Below are positions 44,869-59,029 of a stretch of DNA of 64,000 nt, piece by piece (the first letter of the stretch is position 1; every line of letters begins with the position of its first letter). The stretch spans positions 10,790,001 to 10,854,000 of the forward strand of contig CM097885.1 in NCBI GenBank assembly GCA_044892525.1, read 5' to 3'. Both the position numbers and the translations under genes were made by a program. This stretch comes from Schmidtea polychroa. Its lineage: Eukaryota. Below the pieces are notes generated by a model, which saw only the letters and a program-made list of their open reading frames with translations, was not told the origin of the DNA and did no database searches.

Positions 44869-45200
44869 TTGAAATTACAACGTAGTATACCATATTTCAA
44901 TGCTTTGATTAAAGTACAACTCATGAAAAGAACAAGTATTTTACAGTCATTCCCACAATTTGTTGTGGACAATTTGCTTGAAATTATTGTTAATGTTGTG
45001 CGTGGCTATGTTGATATTAGTAAAGCGAAAAAACTTGTATTGCAAAACCATAAACAATCACTTTTATCGTTAGTAAATACAAACAATAAACGGATAATGC
45101 GAAAAATTATATACAAACAGCGAGGGGGATTTATATCAACTTTGATAACAATCGCATTATCTTTATTAGATGGACTGGGATACAGTTTAAACAAACCAAT
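44869..45200 (+). pseudogene. Polinton small basic virion-type protein with a QxGG|F cleavage-like site and hydrophobic tail
   Basis: LLEIIVNVVRG...KRIMRKIIYKQRGGFISTLITIALSLL resembles Maverick small proteins and adenain-type GG|X sites. Confidence 0.65.
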
Positions 45201-45419
45201 GTTGAAACGGTTTTTCACAAGAGCATATAAAACATATGGTATTTTTGTTTATGTTTTTTTTATAATATGCTCATACGTTTTTCATCCTAAACTTTATTGT
45301 TCCCGCCAACGGAATTTATTAACCGATAGCTTATTTTAAAGCTCTGTGCAAGACCTTTAAACTTATCAATAAATATTCTTATAATCATTATTAATTTTAA
45401 AGATAATAACGCACGCAGA

Positions 45420-45495
<76 letters not shown>

Positions 45496-45543
45496 TTCAA
45501 AGACAAGTTCAAAATTTTATTATTATTATCATTATTATTATTA

Positions 45544-45747
45544 AGGTTTCTAGAATATAAGGGATGTGTTGGGTCATAGTTTGAAGTGTCTAAAAGATTG
45601 TCACGAATCGTTGCCGGCGACACTGACTCCTTTTTTCTTGAGGTTAGGCACTGTAAGCTTGAAACTCGTTTGCCGGCAATGATTTGTGACTATCTTTTAG
45701 ACACTTCAAACTATGACCTAGCACATCCCTTATACTCTAGAAACCTT
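45544..45747 (+). pseudogene. pPolB motif-C fragment forming a fold-back
   Basis: IVAGDTDSFFLEV...LLDTSNY..HPLYS is homologous to the 16-kb pPolB; 45544-45617 is the reverse complement of 45671-45747. Confidence 0.85.
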
Positions 45748-46224
45748 GATTCTGGTAATGAGGAAGTGGGTCCACTTTTCAATGGTTTAAGTCCAGATTT
45801 TGATTCTGGTGATGATACTAATGATGATGATGATATAGATATAGACGATATTTTATTGTCTGACTAAACTGTGATATATGTTAATATATCATTTTATTTT
45901 GAAAAATATTTCTTCTACATTGTTTTATTATCCAAAAATTTTTTATTGAAAATTCGTTATAGTTTTCACAATTCTTTCAATTGTTAAACACTTATATAAA
46001 TATATTTAATAATATTGATAAAGTTTTTATAAATCATGTAAATGTTTAGCTTTTAAAAGAATTTTGGTAGAAATTTTTAGTGTGAATAGTAATTTCATAT
46101 ATTGATTTGAAATGTATGTTGTAGTGGGCACACAAGTACATACACGAGTTGATAATATTTTTTAAAATTAAGAACTCTAAACTTGTATTTGAACTTTTAA
46201 TTGAAAAATAATAATAATAATTAT

Positions 46225-46259
46225 ATTAATAATAATAAATTTTTGAACTTGTCTTTGAA

Positions 46260-46308
<49 letters not shown>

Positions 46309-46323
46309 GTAATAATTATAATG

Positions 46324-46374
<51 letters not shown>

Positions 46375-46404
46375 GTAATAATTATAATGATAATAATAAT
46401 TGAA

Positions 46405-46438
<34 letters not shown>

Positions 46439-47119
46439 TCTGCGTGCTTTAATATCTTTAAAATTAATATTGTTTATAAGAATATCTATTGATAGATTTA
46501 AAGGTCTTGCAAAGAGCTGTACAATAAGCTATCGTTTAATAAATTCCATTGGCGGGAACAATAATTTTTGGGATGAAAAAAAGTATGAGCTCCCGCATAT
46601 TAAAAAAAACCTTGAAAAAAATGACCTTGAAAAGATAATATTTTCAAAAATAATAATATTTTCAAAGATAATAATATTTTGAAAAATAAAAATATTTTGA
46701 AAAAAATATATATATGACCTTGAAAAAGATGCTGTTGATCAATTGTTAATAACACTAAAACTACTAAAGATATGTAGGATATCTATAGCTCATATTAAAG
46801 GTCTTGCACTGGGCTTAAATATAAGCTATCTAAAATAAAATCATAAAATAAAATAATAAACTCCGTTGGTGGGAACATTAATTTTTGGATGAAAAAGTTT
46901 GAGCTCCCCGCATCAATTAATAATATTTTTAAAAAATAATAATAATGTGACTTTCATGAGTCTTTGTTTAAATGACTTTGATGAGTTACTGGATGAGTCA
47001 TGTGACATTGAATGAGTCATTGAATGAGTCAGAGTCTTTGTTGAAATTTTAAAACTTTTTTTCTGGAGGGGAGGTGAGGGGGGGTTATATGTGATGCGGG
47101 GAGCTCACATCCATCTACT
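46225..47119 (-). repeat. Polinton-like terminus; inner part mirrored at 45364-45540
   Basis: Palindromic blocks, TGACCTTGA and TGAGTCA sites, G-tract, ends ...CACATCCATCTACT at 47119. Confidence 0.8.
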
Positions 47120-47850
47120 TTTGCTCAAGCTATATCAATGAAAACCAAATCTGCTAGTGAAATGGCTGTTGCAATAAAAACAATGTTGAAAAATGGTAAA
47201 TCAAATAATTTACAAACTGATTTCCGGCAAAGAATTTTATAACAGCAAAGTTAAAGAAAACCTAAAGGGAATAAATCATTACTCTGTTTTTTTCTCAATT
47301 CAAAGCTGCTCATGTGGAAAGGTTTAATAGAACATTAAGAGATCGTTTGAAAAAAATATTTTGTACATCAAGGTAACAAAACTTGGATAAATGTTTTACC
47401 GAAAATAATTCATAGTTAAAATCATTCCGAACATGAAGGTCTAAAGAGAATGAGACCGATTGATGTAACATCTAAAAATACTATGAAAATAATATTAACA
47501 CAAGAAGATGTAACAAAAACTAAGAAACATAAATATAAAGTTGGTGATCATGTTAGAATAAGTAAAATATCGGCTTCACCCTTCATTAAAAATTTTGACA
47601 CAATTGAAGTGACGAAGTCTTTCAAATATTAAAGATTACGAAACAGAGTCGCGTTATGTATGTTATTAAAGATATTGATAATAATGAAATCCAGGGTAAA
47701 TTTTACGAACATACGAAGTTATTCCGACACCATCTGTCTTTAGAATTGAAAAAATTCTTAAATCAAAATATAAAGGTAAGGATAAACAATATTACGTCTA
47801 GTGGCATGGATATCAAAACCCAACTTGAATATCAGCATCTCAAATTGAAT
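47120..47850 (+). pseudogene. Polinton-type retroviral-like integrase (3' part) with chromodomain-like tail
   Basis: Manual translation across frameshifts: LQTD.GKEFYN, KAAHVERFNRTLR, W.NVLP, MRPIDVT, KYKVGDHVRISK, IQGKFYE, FRIEKILK, YYV*WHGY. Confidence 0.9.
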
Positions 47851-48789
47851 GAATAGAAACAGTTTTTTCAATATTTTACCAAGCAATAGCTGTACATAAA
47901 TTCATTTAAATAATGATGCTAGTAAATTTATCATTGAGTTGCAAAATCCCATCTACCTGCATGATATGTGGGAAGTTGCTTTACTTGATTACACATTTCT
48001 ATTTTACAGTAATTCTAAGATTGAATATAAAGAAATTGCACCGAAATCAGTCAGCAGCTTTTATGTTATTGAACCCGAAGATGATTAAATGCCAATATAA
48101 GAATAATATAATGATTGTTACATGTATATTACCAAGAGAGTTTTAAATATTTGTTGCGATTACCATCCAATCGAGATATCATTTGGAGTTCTAGAACCAA
48201 TTTTGTTAAAATATCTGAAATTCAGATTTTGTATAATTAAAAATTATAACAAAACAAATTTAGGACTTTTCATTTACAAAATGACCTAAACGACAATTTT
48301 CTTGCAGCTAACATTTAATAATGCAATCGAAATACAATAAATGTATTTTTGTATCATTTCAATTTCATTTTTAAAACATTAATAGTGCAACCGAAATACC
48401 AAAAAATCAAGAAATGCAATATAAATTTAATGTCGAAAAAAATTCTTGCAAAAGACTGAAACTTATATATTTGTTAATAAATATTTGTGTTATATGACGA
48501 ATATTTTCGTATCTCATATTGAAATAGACGATTTTGATAAGTAATTTTTTTTCTGATTCGTTTTTCCTATATGCAATTAAATGAAATTTTTATGTATTTT
48601 TCTAGTTTCAAATGTAATATATTAAATTATTCATGGATTTGTATTGTTTAAATATTCATAATATATTAAACTTTATGAGAAATCTTTTAAATATCTTAGA
48701 ATAAAGATGAAGAAATAAAATTTTATTTAAATGTAATCAGTAATAAATAACAATTTTTGTATATGAAATAATTTATATAATATTCACAA

Positions 48790-49216
48790 AATCATAGCTA
48801 AACGAGATATTTCTAAAAGACAGATTCTAACGCTGATGTAAATAACTGAGATAAACTTCTGATACAAATATATCTAGTAAAATTGAAGAAGATATGAAGA
48901 AAAGAGAAAGTGAAATGATACTAGATAACTTGAATGAATATCAGACAATTGATAATAAAACTTAATTGTAAAATGTGATGATATGCATGATGTGTTTATT
49001 GGATTCTAGTTACTCTGACAATGAACTAGTGGAATGTGATGGATGTGGAATTGTTGTCCATGGAGGTGTATAAATGTGATTATCGAGTGAATTGATACAG
49101 TTAGCATATAGATTGCTATAAGATATCTGACAGCGTGTTCATGTCCGATGATACTAGTGATTCCAGCACTGATCCTTGGTTTTGTGATGCATGATTATCA
49201 AATGTTTCTGATCCGG
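48790..49216 (+). pseudogene. PHF14: PHF14-like PHD finger exons with in-frame stops
   Basis: ICMMCLLDSSYSDNELVECDGCGIVVHG [short intron] CY...SSTDPWFCDA*; matches the PHF14 first PHD pattern as recalled. Confidence 0.7.
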
Positions 49217-49927
49217 TGAGAATTATTATTATTATTATCTGTTATTTCTATCTTTATAAGCTTTTGTAATGTTTTAATATTTATCAGCTTTTCTAATTAG
49301 CCAGTAAATTTAATTAATATTATAATGGCAATTGATATGAATATTGAGTGAGAGAGGGAGAGAAATCATTCTGCTTAACAGGGCGCCATTGTTCCCCCTC
49401 TGATATTGATATTGACTGATTGCTATATTTGCATGAGCAAATATCGATTTCATTTCAATGATTTCCTCATTCAATATTTGAAACTTTCATTTTTTCACCA
49501 GCAAAAATTTAATTTTGCTTAATTTAGAAAAATCTATAAATTTTTTCCTTTTCCGTATTTTTTGAATTTTATTTCTTTTCCATTAAAAAATTATATTTTA
49601 ATATTTTTATTATTTTAATTTTAATAAATTTTTTTAATTTTCGATTTAATATTTCTATTTATTTGATATTTAATTATTTATTGATATTTATTTTTTTATT
49701 AATTTTAATTTTTTAATTATTTTATTTTATTGATTTAATATTGAAATATAATTTTTGGTTTAATTGTTTATTATTTTAATTTTAATTTATTTTATATTTT
49801 AATTATTTTTTTAATATTTTAAATTTTGATTTAATTATTTTTATTTTCGAATTAATATTTCTATTTATTTGATATTTTATTATTTTTTTATTTTTTAATT
49901 TTGATTTAATATTTCAATTAATATTTC

Positions 49928-50109
49928 GGCGACCGTCAGATAAGACGAGGTACAAAATTAGAGCAAATTTTTATGATTTATCATATATCGGTTGTATTAG
50001 TATAAATACAACTACCTGTACTATAATACTTTCTTTTATATCGGTTGTATAAGACGACCCACAATTTTCAAGGGTGATTTTTTGACTTTAAGGATCGTCT
50101 TATACGGTA
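49928..50109 (+). mobile_element. pogo/Tigger-like terminal fragment
   Basis: TAAGACGA ... TATAAGACGACCC ... TCGTCTTATACGGTA pattern. Confidence 0.5.
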
Positions 50110-50574
50110 TTTATTATTTTTTGTAACGACAAACTGTCATATCCTTGTTTAAACACTGGTTTCAGCTGCTCATTTTCCAAGGGATTTCAACTGATGATTG
50201 GTTGTTATTATGGTGGATATATTTGGCCTTTTCCACGCACCCCTGAATAATCCCGGGCACCCCAGGGCGTCAGTAGGGACCAATTTGGGAACCATTGCTC
50301 CACATCATAATCAATCATTTCCTAAACTAATTGCTTTCACCCGAAAATCTCACCATCGATATGCTCAATAAAGATCTCGTGTTGCTGTTAGAGTTATGGA
50401 ATTTTCAAGAAAAATTAAAAGATTTGTAGCAAAAGAGTTTTTATTATTTTCATCAAAATACTTTATTAAATCATAAAAAATAAACAAAAATAAAATAATT
50501 ATTATTTAAAAATATCAGATCAATAATTCATTATTTAAAAATCAATATCAAAAATTAAATAAAAGTATTATAAA

Positions 50575-51360
50575 ATAATGCCTTAGAAAACATAAACAGT
50601 CCGCAGATTTATCTGCTAATCAGGTTCTGCTTATTGTTACACAATTTCCCGACACAGGAAAGTTGCGCTCATTTTGGGTTGATGTCGGTGCCATTGTAAA
50701 TAAAGCTGTCCTCAAGAGATTTGAGTTGGTGGTGAATTTTCCTGTTAATTCATAGAGATTAACTGCTGTGGCAAATGGTGAAAAATTATCATCAGGCACT
50801 GGCTGAGCTGGCTTTAAGCTATCTGGAATTGATTTTTCTGATAGTTGTTTTAATGTTCCATTTCCCGCTATTATTACATCATCAATATGGCTTCATTATT
50901 GTCAGCTGCTGCGATATCAATTTCAGCATTCACAGCATTATTTGCGCTGGCACTGAAATGCATTTTCATTAAAGCTTTTGCAGCTTTACCAATATCAGCT
51001 GTGTAGGTAAAACTGAATAAATCATCACCTTCACCCGGTGAAAAGTTGGCGCCTTGAAGGAATTTAACCAATGAAATTGAAGATTTATCCCTTCTTTTTA
51101 ATAATTGCACTTTTAGTTCAATTAGTAATTTTTGGCTCAAATTGGCAGGTTTAGTTCTTGGAGTATTGAACAAGGATTTGAGTATTCCTTCGCTTGTCAG
51201 GAGGTTTGCGTGTGCACGGCTGCTTAATGCTTCAATTGCAGCTCTGACGAGCAGCCGTAATGTGTCGAGCATCGATTTTGCTGCATTTGATTCTGAAATT
51301 GTCCATTTTGCTGAGCTAAACCGCTTTACATGCGTTTTATCAATTTATGCCCCATAAATA
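50575..51360 (-). pseudogene. hAT transposase C-terminal remnant
   Basis: PTSTQNERNFPVSG...RT*LADKSADCLCFLRHYF (dimerisation-domain pattern); upstream AIEALSSR.ANLLTSE. Confidence 0.75.
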
Positions 51361-53190
51361 TGCCCAAAAGAACTTATATGATTGCATTTAAAAAAGAAAT
51401 CTTATGATATATAGGTCAAGGGAACGCCCCCTACAAGGCATCGCAATACTTTTCATCCCGTGATAAATATAATTACGATCAATCGATGTTTTATCAATGC
51501 GCCTTGTATACTGTTTTGAACTTGATCTCGATCTGTCGCGATGATTTGGATCTTTATGGTTCATTCATTGTGTTGATATGATTTGAATCTTTGTAATTCA
51601 TTCATGTCGTTGTTAACAATAACTATAAATTTCTAGATTGAAATTTATAATAATTATTTGCTTGCATATTATAGTTAATTACTATGGTCGTTTTCAATGC
51701 ATATTTTCATTTGGTTAACTGGTTATTGGTCACTGATTACTATATATAACTATCACAAGCTGATTGATATTTTGCACTGAATGCATTTATCTTTTTCATT
51801 GAAATCAATAGTGATAGGTTCGTATATTGGGGCTAGATCTAGCACAGATTTAGCAATTAAAATTTATAAATAAAAAACAAAATAATTTAGCATTTTTTAC
51901 ACAGTTATTCATTTGATACAATTTCTACACAATTTTACTCTGTTTTCAAATTTTGATTTAAATAATTTTGAAAGATATTTAAAAATAATAATTTTGTTTT
52001 TTAACAAAAATTTTGGAAATTAAGTTACAAATAAATAAGGAAAATTTTGAAAAATGAACATTAGTCGAATTTCAAATCTCAATTTTTTCTAAAAAACAAT
52101 ATTTATAAAATGTTTGTTTATCTACATCAAAAAGCATATTTTAAATATTGAAATTTCAAAAGTAAGAGGAAATAATTATTATTTATAATTATAATTTATG
52201 AATGTTGAAAAACTTTGAAATATTTTAATAATTTCGTAATGAAATATTTAATTGATTTATTTTCATAATTATTGATTTGAACTTATTCAAATCTAACAAA
52301 ATATTTGGTTTTTTAAAATTTTCATAGATATTAGTATTTTATTTATTTAATTATTTTACTACAAATTTTCATTTTCCCGATTGACTTATTTTAATTATTT
52401 CATAAAATTCTTGATACAAGATTTAGATTAAATCTTCTGAGTGAATTATATTCTAATATTTGGATCAGTGAAATATCCTTATCCAATTGTGGATCATTCC
52501 CAATATTTATAACCATAACGAGATCATTAGATCAAATGCCAAAACCCCACAATTTATGAATACATTAATAACCCGTTTAGCATAAAATATTATTCAAATC
52601 TTAAACAATTTTTCCTTTAAAAATTATTGAATTGTTGAAAAGTATTCTAAAAAACAATATTGATTTTATTAAAAAGAGCTTGAAGACTATAAATGAGTAA
52701 ATATATCAAAAGCAATATCAATAGCTCTTTTTAATAAATTCAATGGAAAAAAATCGAAGGTGAAATTGGAAAAAAAATTCTCATAATTTTGAATTTCTAT
52801 TTTGCTCTGATGATTTTGAATTCCTTTTTAATCTGTTCAAATAAATTTTATTTTAATATTTTATGAAAAATATTTATTTTTATATTTTGATCTATTTTTA
52901 ATTTAGATTATCCCCTAAATGTTACTTAATTTCCCATCAAAATTTTACGTAGTTTTATCAAATTTTAATTTAAATAATTTTGTAAGATTTAAAATAAATG
53001 AGAAAAACACTGAAAATTAACATTAATAATATATCAAAAAGAGCTCGAAGCTACAATCCAATACTTATAAAATGTTTGTTTATCTACATCAAAATATAAA
53101 TTATAAATATTGAAATTGTCAACGTCAGCGGAAATAAGTATGATTGATGAATGTTGAAATATTTTGATAATTTTGTAAATTTTAGATAAA

Positions 53191-54714
53191 ATGTTTGCAA
53201 GCGTATGGGAAATAATGAGGAGAAATAAATTTGAATTTGATAATGAAATTAGCAGTAAATTGATATGCAAAATTTGCAAATGTTTAATGATAAAAGCTTG
53301 CCAAGCTCCTTGCGGTTGTCGCTTTTGTTCTGATTGCATTGAGCATTATTTGGATGGAAAAGATAAATTCTGTCCAGGAGCATCAAAATATTGTCAAGTT
53401 CAAATGTTTAATTTCAATGAAAATGTTTTCCAAGATCAGGCGATTAACTTAAGAATATCTGAAGTCATTGTAAAATGCCCAATGCAAAATTGTGAATTCA
53501 AAACCGAGTTGTGCATGATGGAGAGCCACATGAGAACATGCAACAAGCAGCCAATCAGATGTCCGTTCAATAGAATTGGATGCGAAATGAATGAGGTGGA
53601 GAAGGACGAAATGAAAGTCCATCTCAATGAGAACAATGAAGCCCATAGCAAATTATTGATCGATCAGATCAGTAATTTATGCAACGAGATGCAATCAATG
53701 AGAGAGGAGAATGTGAGATTGCGTAACGAAATTATCGAATTGAAAGGAGAAATGACGCAATTCAAACAACAATTTGATAATATCAATGTAAATTTTATTT
53801 GTAATTAATTTTATTGATATTTTGTGATTGAAGGTGAAATTGTGCAATGTTGAAAGGAAAGAGGCGGAGAACAGAGATGAAATAGAAGAATTGAATGAGG
53901 AAATGGTGGCATTGAAGAATGAGAATCGCTCATTGAGAATGGAGATGGAGACAAATATTGGATCAATCAATCAAGTTTGATTATTGATTTGATTTGTTAT
54001 TGATTTATTATTGATGGAAAGCAGATCAGACAGCAAATTGGGGTTATTGAATCAAAATGTCAACAGCAAATTGATGAGATGAAAGAGAAATGCGAGCAGC
54101 GGCTGCAACAGGAGAATGAAAAGGTGATTTATTGATTATTTGAAATATTTGAAATTGAGATTCAGTTGCAGCTTGAAATGGCGAAATGCGTCAATGAAAT
54201 TCGGCAGAATGAAACAAAATTAGCAAATGAAAAATATATAAATGACGAATTTTTTGAATGGCAAATCGATAAATTTTCACAAAAGAGAAATGAATATATT
54301 TACAGCAAGGCGTTTTATTCTGGGCCAATCGGTTACAAAATGTGCTTGTGGGTGAGCATTGGGGATGATTGGGTTTGGGCTGGTTTCTGTTTGATGCGTG
54401 GGGCAAATGATGAGCAATTGGATTGGCCGTTCAAACAATCTGTGACAATCGATGTGATCGATCCAGCAAATGGCAGCATTTATATGAGCAAGTCAAGGAA
54501 ATTTTCAGGTTGGCCTTATCATGATCCAGATGATGCAGATCCAGATGATGCCGAATGGAGGAAACCGTCAGATGACAGAAATGATCAAATTTTCATTTAT
54601 GATGATGATGAAGATGATGATGATGAAGATGATGATGGTGACGATGAATCAATCTATAAATTAGCAGCCAAAAGTGATAAATTGCTGCTCAGGTGCAGAA
54701 TTGAAAAATTATGA
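53191..54714 (+). CDS. TRAF-family protein (RING, TRAF zinc fingers, coiled coil, MATH), 461 aa. Exons: 53191-53787, 53834-53974, 54025-54123, 54166-54714
   Basis: CKIC..QAPCGCRFCSDC, CP...C...H...C, CPF..IGC, FEWQI, YSKAFYSGPIGYKMCL, LMRGANDEQLDWPF; three phase-0 GT-AG introns (46, 50, 42 nt) keep the frame. Confidence 0.93.
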
Positions 54715-56417
54715 AAAATTATAAAAACATTACAATAAAAAATTGATTTATTTTGGCTTTTGATCTGATTTATTATTTGCCTTGTGCTGGTGGATCAATT
54801 TGTCTGGATTAGTTATTGATGCATTTGCCCAATTATAAACTGATTGCAACATTATTGATGCTGTGGATCAGCTGTAACCGCATTTAATGCTGATTGGATC
54901 AAATTGGATCAGCATTTAATGAGCTTTGTGCAGATCCATTTATTGATCTGTTTTGAATCAATTTTTATTGTTGCTCGTGATTTTGAATTGAAATATTTTG
55001 AAATTTTTACTTTTTCATTTTATATTCAAAATATTTATTTTATATTTGGAAACATTTTTAATTTTTATTTTCTTTCCGATAAGTGAAATTTTTGCATTTT
55101 AATTTCCCCTCAATTGTTACGCTGCTTTGTTTACAAATTCAGATTTCAATTGCTATTTATATTTCTCAACCAATTTCCCTCAAATATCAATAATATCGGA
55201 ATTGCCGCCAGAAATAAATGAGAAAATCAATGAAAATTAGCATTATATTGATATGAAATTGAATTATTTATTGAACAGCTGTCATTATGAGCATGCAACA
55301 CACATCATCAGGGGATCTCACAATTGCTGTCATTATCTGATCTATTAAATCAATGCGGATCAGATATTATGGCAGCCATGTTAGATTTCTATCAGATCAT
55401 TTATTTGAATTTATTATAATAATATTGCAACTGAGCATTTCTTATAATTGAAGGTGAAAATGCATTTGATAGAATCCCTTGAGGCCAGCCATATTATCAT
55501 TATCATTATCGATAAATACAATTCCATATTTATAATAATGTTGCTAGGTTCAAGGCTGCAACCAAATTTACACCTTTAGGCGTTCCTTGAAATCTTCATC
55601 ACATTCCCAACAATAATATCCACAGAAACATTGAACATTTCGACATCAAAACGTTTTGTAAAGTCACAAAGTTTATCATTTTCACTGAGTTTATCAAATA
55701 TTTGAACGCTTTCATTTTACATTTCTTTATGTTTGTCTATTGTTCAAAATAAATGTTTTCTTTGTATTAGTTTATTTTTATATTTATTCAATTTTTTTTT
55801 TATTTTTTAATAAATATTTGTTAATTTCTTTTAACAAAATATGAAATAAATGCAATTTTGGCAACATTTATGTAGCAATAATAAAATATTTATTTTACAC
55901 CATTTCCAAATAAGATCTGTTATAAGCGGGAAATTTCTACGTGACATTTGCTTGTCACTCTTTCATTTTATATTTCTTTATGTTTTGTTTATTGTTTGTG
56001 AATTTTAGATAATTTTGTTTAAATGAAATCTCAAAACTCATGGATATTTGGCTTTTTTGTGAAACCCCCTTAAAGAATTTTGATTTTAACTGTGCATATC
56101 GATGTGAATGGTGTCAATGTGAAGCAATAAATTGACCTGCGGGATTTGGTTTGAAAGCCATTTTATATACTTGAAAATTCTTTATTTTTTTAGATCAACT
56201 ATTAAAACTACTTTTTTTTAAATTTAATTTTTAAATTAATATTTATTTATTTTGATTTATTTTTTTTTCGTTTTATATTTAGTACATTCTATTTTATTGT
56301 TTTCAAAATCTATTTATTTAAAAATATTTAAATTATTATTTATATTTTTTATTGAACCAAATATTTTCTTTAAAATACAATGATAAAAATTATATTATCA
56401 ATATATAAAGGACATGG

Positions 56418-56957
56418 ATAATTATATTTAATTTTATATTTATTTAAGTTTTTAAAGATTTTTAAATTTATTAAGTAAATATTATTTTTAAATTAATATT
56501 TATTTATTTTCTATAAAGACCTTCATTGCTATCGAACTATAAATCTCCATTAAATTACAATGATAAAAATAACCTATAAAAGCTAAATATTATCATAATT
56601 TAATTACTATCACTTACTATAATGTAAATTTTATTTACAATAAAAAGACAAATAATAAAATTCCATATAAATATATAATAAATTATGATAAAAATAAACT
56701 GTCAAATGCTGAAATTAACTATAAATATCCCTTGATATTAAATAAAAATTGCTTAAAATAATTTACAATAAATAGAGAAATATTTCAATACTTTATTATT
56801 ATAACATTGAAGGGCTTCCTATAGATAAACTCAACATTTGGAAATATTTGTCAAAGTAATAACGGAGCGTGAAATTTAGATTTTCTATGAAATTTTATCG
56901 ATTTCCGATATTTCATCCGCTATTGATTTAATGATTTACGTTGCTGTTTCAAATGGT
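56418..56957 (+). repeat. Dispersed repeat, copy of 8533-9075
   Basis: Direct sequence match. Confidence 0.92.
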
Positions 56958-59029
56958 CAATCACACGATCTCTTTCTTTAACTTTGAAGTTCCCTATTTC
57001 TAAAATATTGTACTGATATATTAACTAGTAGAGTTATATTTTTTCTTTTTCTTTTGTAATAATCCTGTGAAAGACTTTCTAATAGACGCTTGGCAGGACT
57101 TCCGACTGTATATATTCTGTATATATTTTTGTTTTTCTGCAATCTGAAAAACCTCCTTTGTTTTTACTTTTTAATTGACAATGACCTTTGTTTTAATTTC
57201 TTGTTTGTTTTTTTTTCTTTGATTTATCATTCTCATTTTTCGTTTCTTTTTACCTCCGTTTCTTCTCTGCGTTCCCATAAATCGTCCCTTTGTCAGGACA
57301 ATTTTCCCCAGGTAATTTATTTATTTATTATGCGAAATAAAACGAAAAAAAAGAATGCATTATAAACAAATATATTACACATAATAAAGTCGTCCTTAAT
57401 TCTAAAATTAACAATTCTTCAGAATCAATAAAAAGGGAAATATTGATTTTCGTGTGCGAGTAAGTGTGCGTTGACTCAGTAAAACAAATTTGAATTATTT
57501 AAATTCTAGTTAATTTTGAATCTTAATTTTTATCAATTTTAATGGCGAATTAGTATTAATTTTATTTTCTAATTTTGATTTTTGATTTATTTTTTATTCG
57601 ATTTGCCGCCATGATGGATATGGGCGTTTCCTGAAAATTCCATGATGTTTAATATATAATTCTTATTTTTGGTAAGTCTTCTGCTTTTCTTTTTACTTTT
57701 TATTAATTTTAATATTTAAATGCCTTCTTTTGTTAACTTTATAAAGTTTTTCGGCGCCTATGATAGTTTTCGCTATTTTCATAGATTGTTCTGGGTTTTT
57801 ACTTATTTTTTCTGATGTAATTTTGTTTCTCGCTTACTCTTTGTCGTTATTTCATGGAAATCTTTATTTTTTCTTTATCGCCGTTAACCCGAATCTGTTT
57901 ACTGGGTTATGTATTGATGTTGTGGTTGTGTGGGTTTTATGCGATAGTTCTTGCTTTTGTTTGATTTTTCTTTTAACTTGAGTTCATTATTTTTTTGTGA
58001 TGTGAGATCTATTACTTTTGTTTAGTTGGTGTTTAACTATTTTTTATTTTAACTTTACTTAGTGCTGGGTATGCATGTTGTGTACAGATACATTTTGTCA
58101 CGGTCTCTATACTTGGGCCTAAACTCAGTTTTTGTCTAACAATATTCTAATAAAGTTTTATACTAACGTTCGAATTGTGTCATCTAATGACCTTTTTTGG
58201 CAAGTTTCCTAATATAATTTTGTGACATAATTTTTAATTAAACTATATAGAATGTTTTATTTTACCTATTTATTATTAAAACTATATAACGCGTGAGTGT
58301 GTCTGTGACCTACTTATTTTACAATCCCAATGGTGACTATAGTTTTCAGTAGACTTGACCTACATAAAATTGAGTTTTTTTGATGTAAAATACGATCTTT
58401 AACGACTTATTAATAAATTCTTAAAAATATCCTCAAACACTTGGAGTTTTTATACCAATAATTGTTTCATAATCTGTCTAAGTCTAATATAAAATGTAAC
58501 AAATATTTCTTTCAAATCTTTTTTTCCTATTTTTTACATGAAATGTCAAAAAATTCAACAATTTAAACAAATAAATAGTAAGTGAGCCGTCATAATTTGA
58601 ATTGAATCCTTGAATTGAATCATTGAATCCGAAAATTAATGTGCAGAATGCAGTAAATACTTGTGTGTTGAGTGTTTTTAAATAAGCTTTTGTGTATTGT
58701 ATGTATTGATTGTTGTGTTAAATTAAATAATTAATAAAAAATTTTTAAATTATTAAATTAAATTTTAAATGTTAAAATTTTCAAAAAATAATATATTTTT
58801 TTATAAAATGAAAAAAACTTTTTATATATAATGAAATTTGTTTAAAATCCTTAATTTAATGAGTTATTATATCCCAACTGATGATGACAGGAAAACTGTC
58901 GAAATTAATCGTGAAAAGAATGTTTGATTGGCGTTATCTTATAATTTAAACAAAATTAAAATTGTTTCATTTTTCAATATTATTATCTGATGAAATTGAT
59001 AAATAATTTTTATTTAATTGCAGAAAAAA

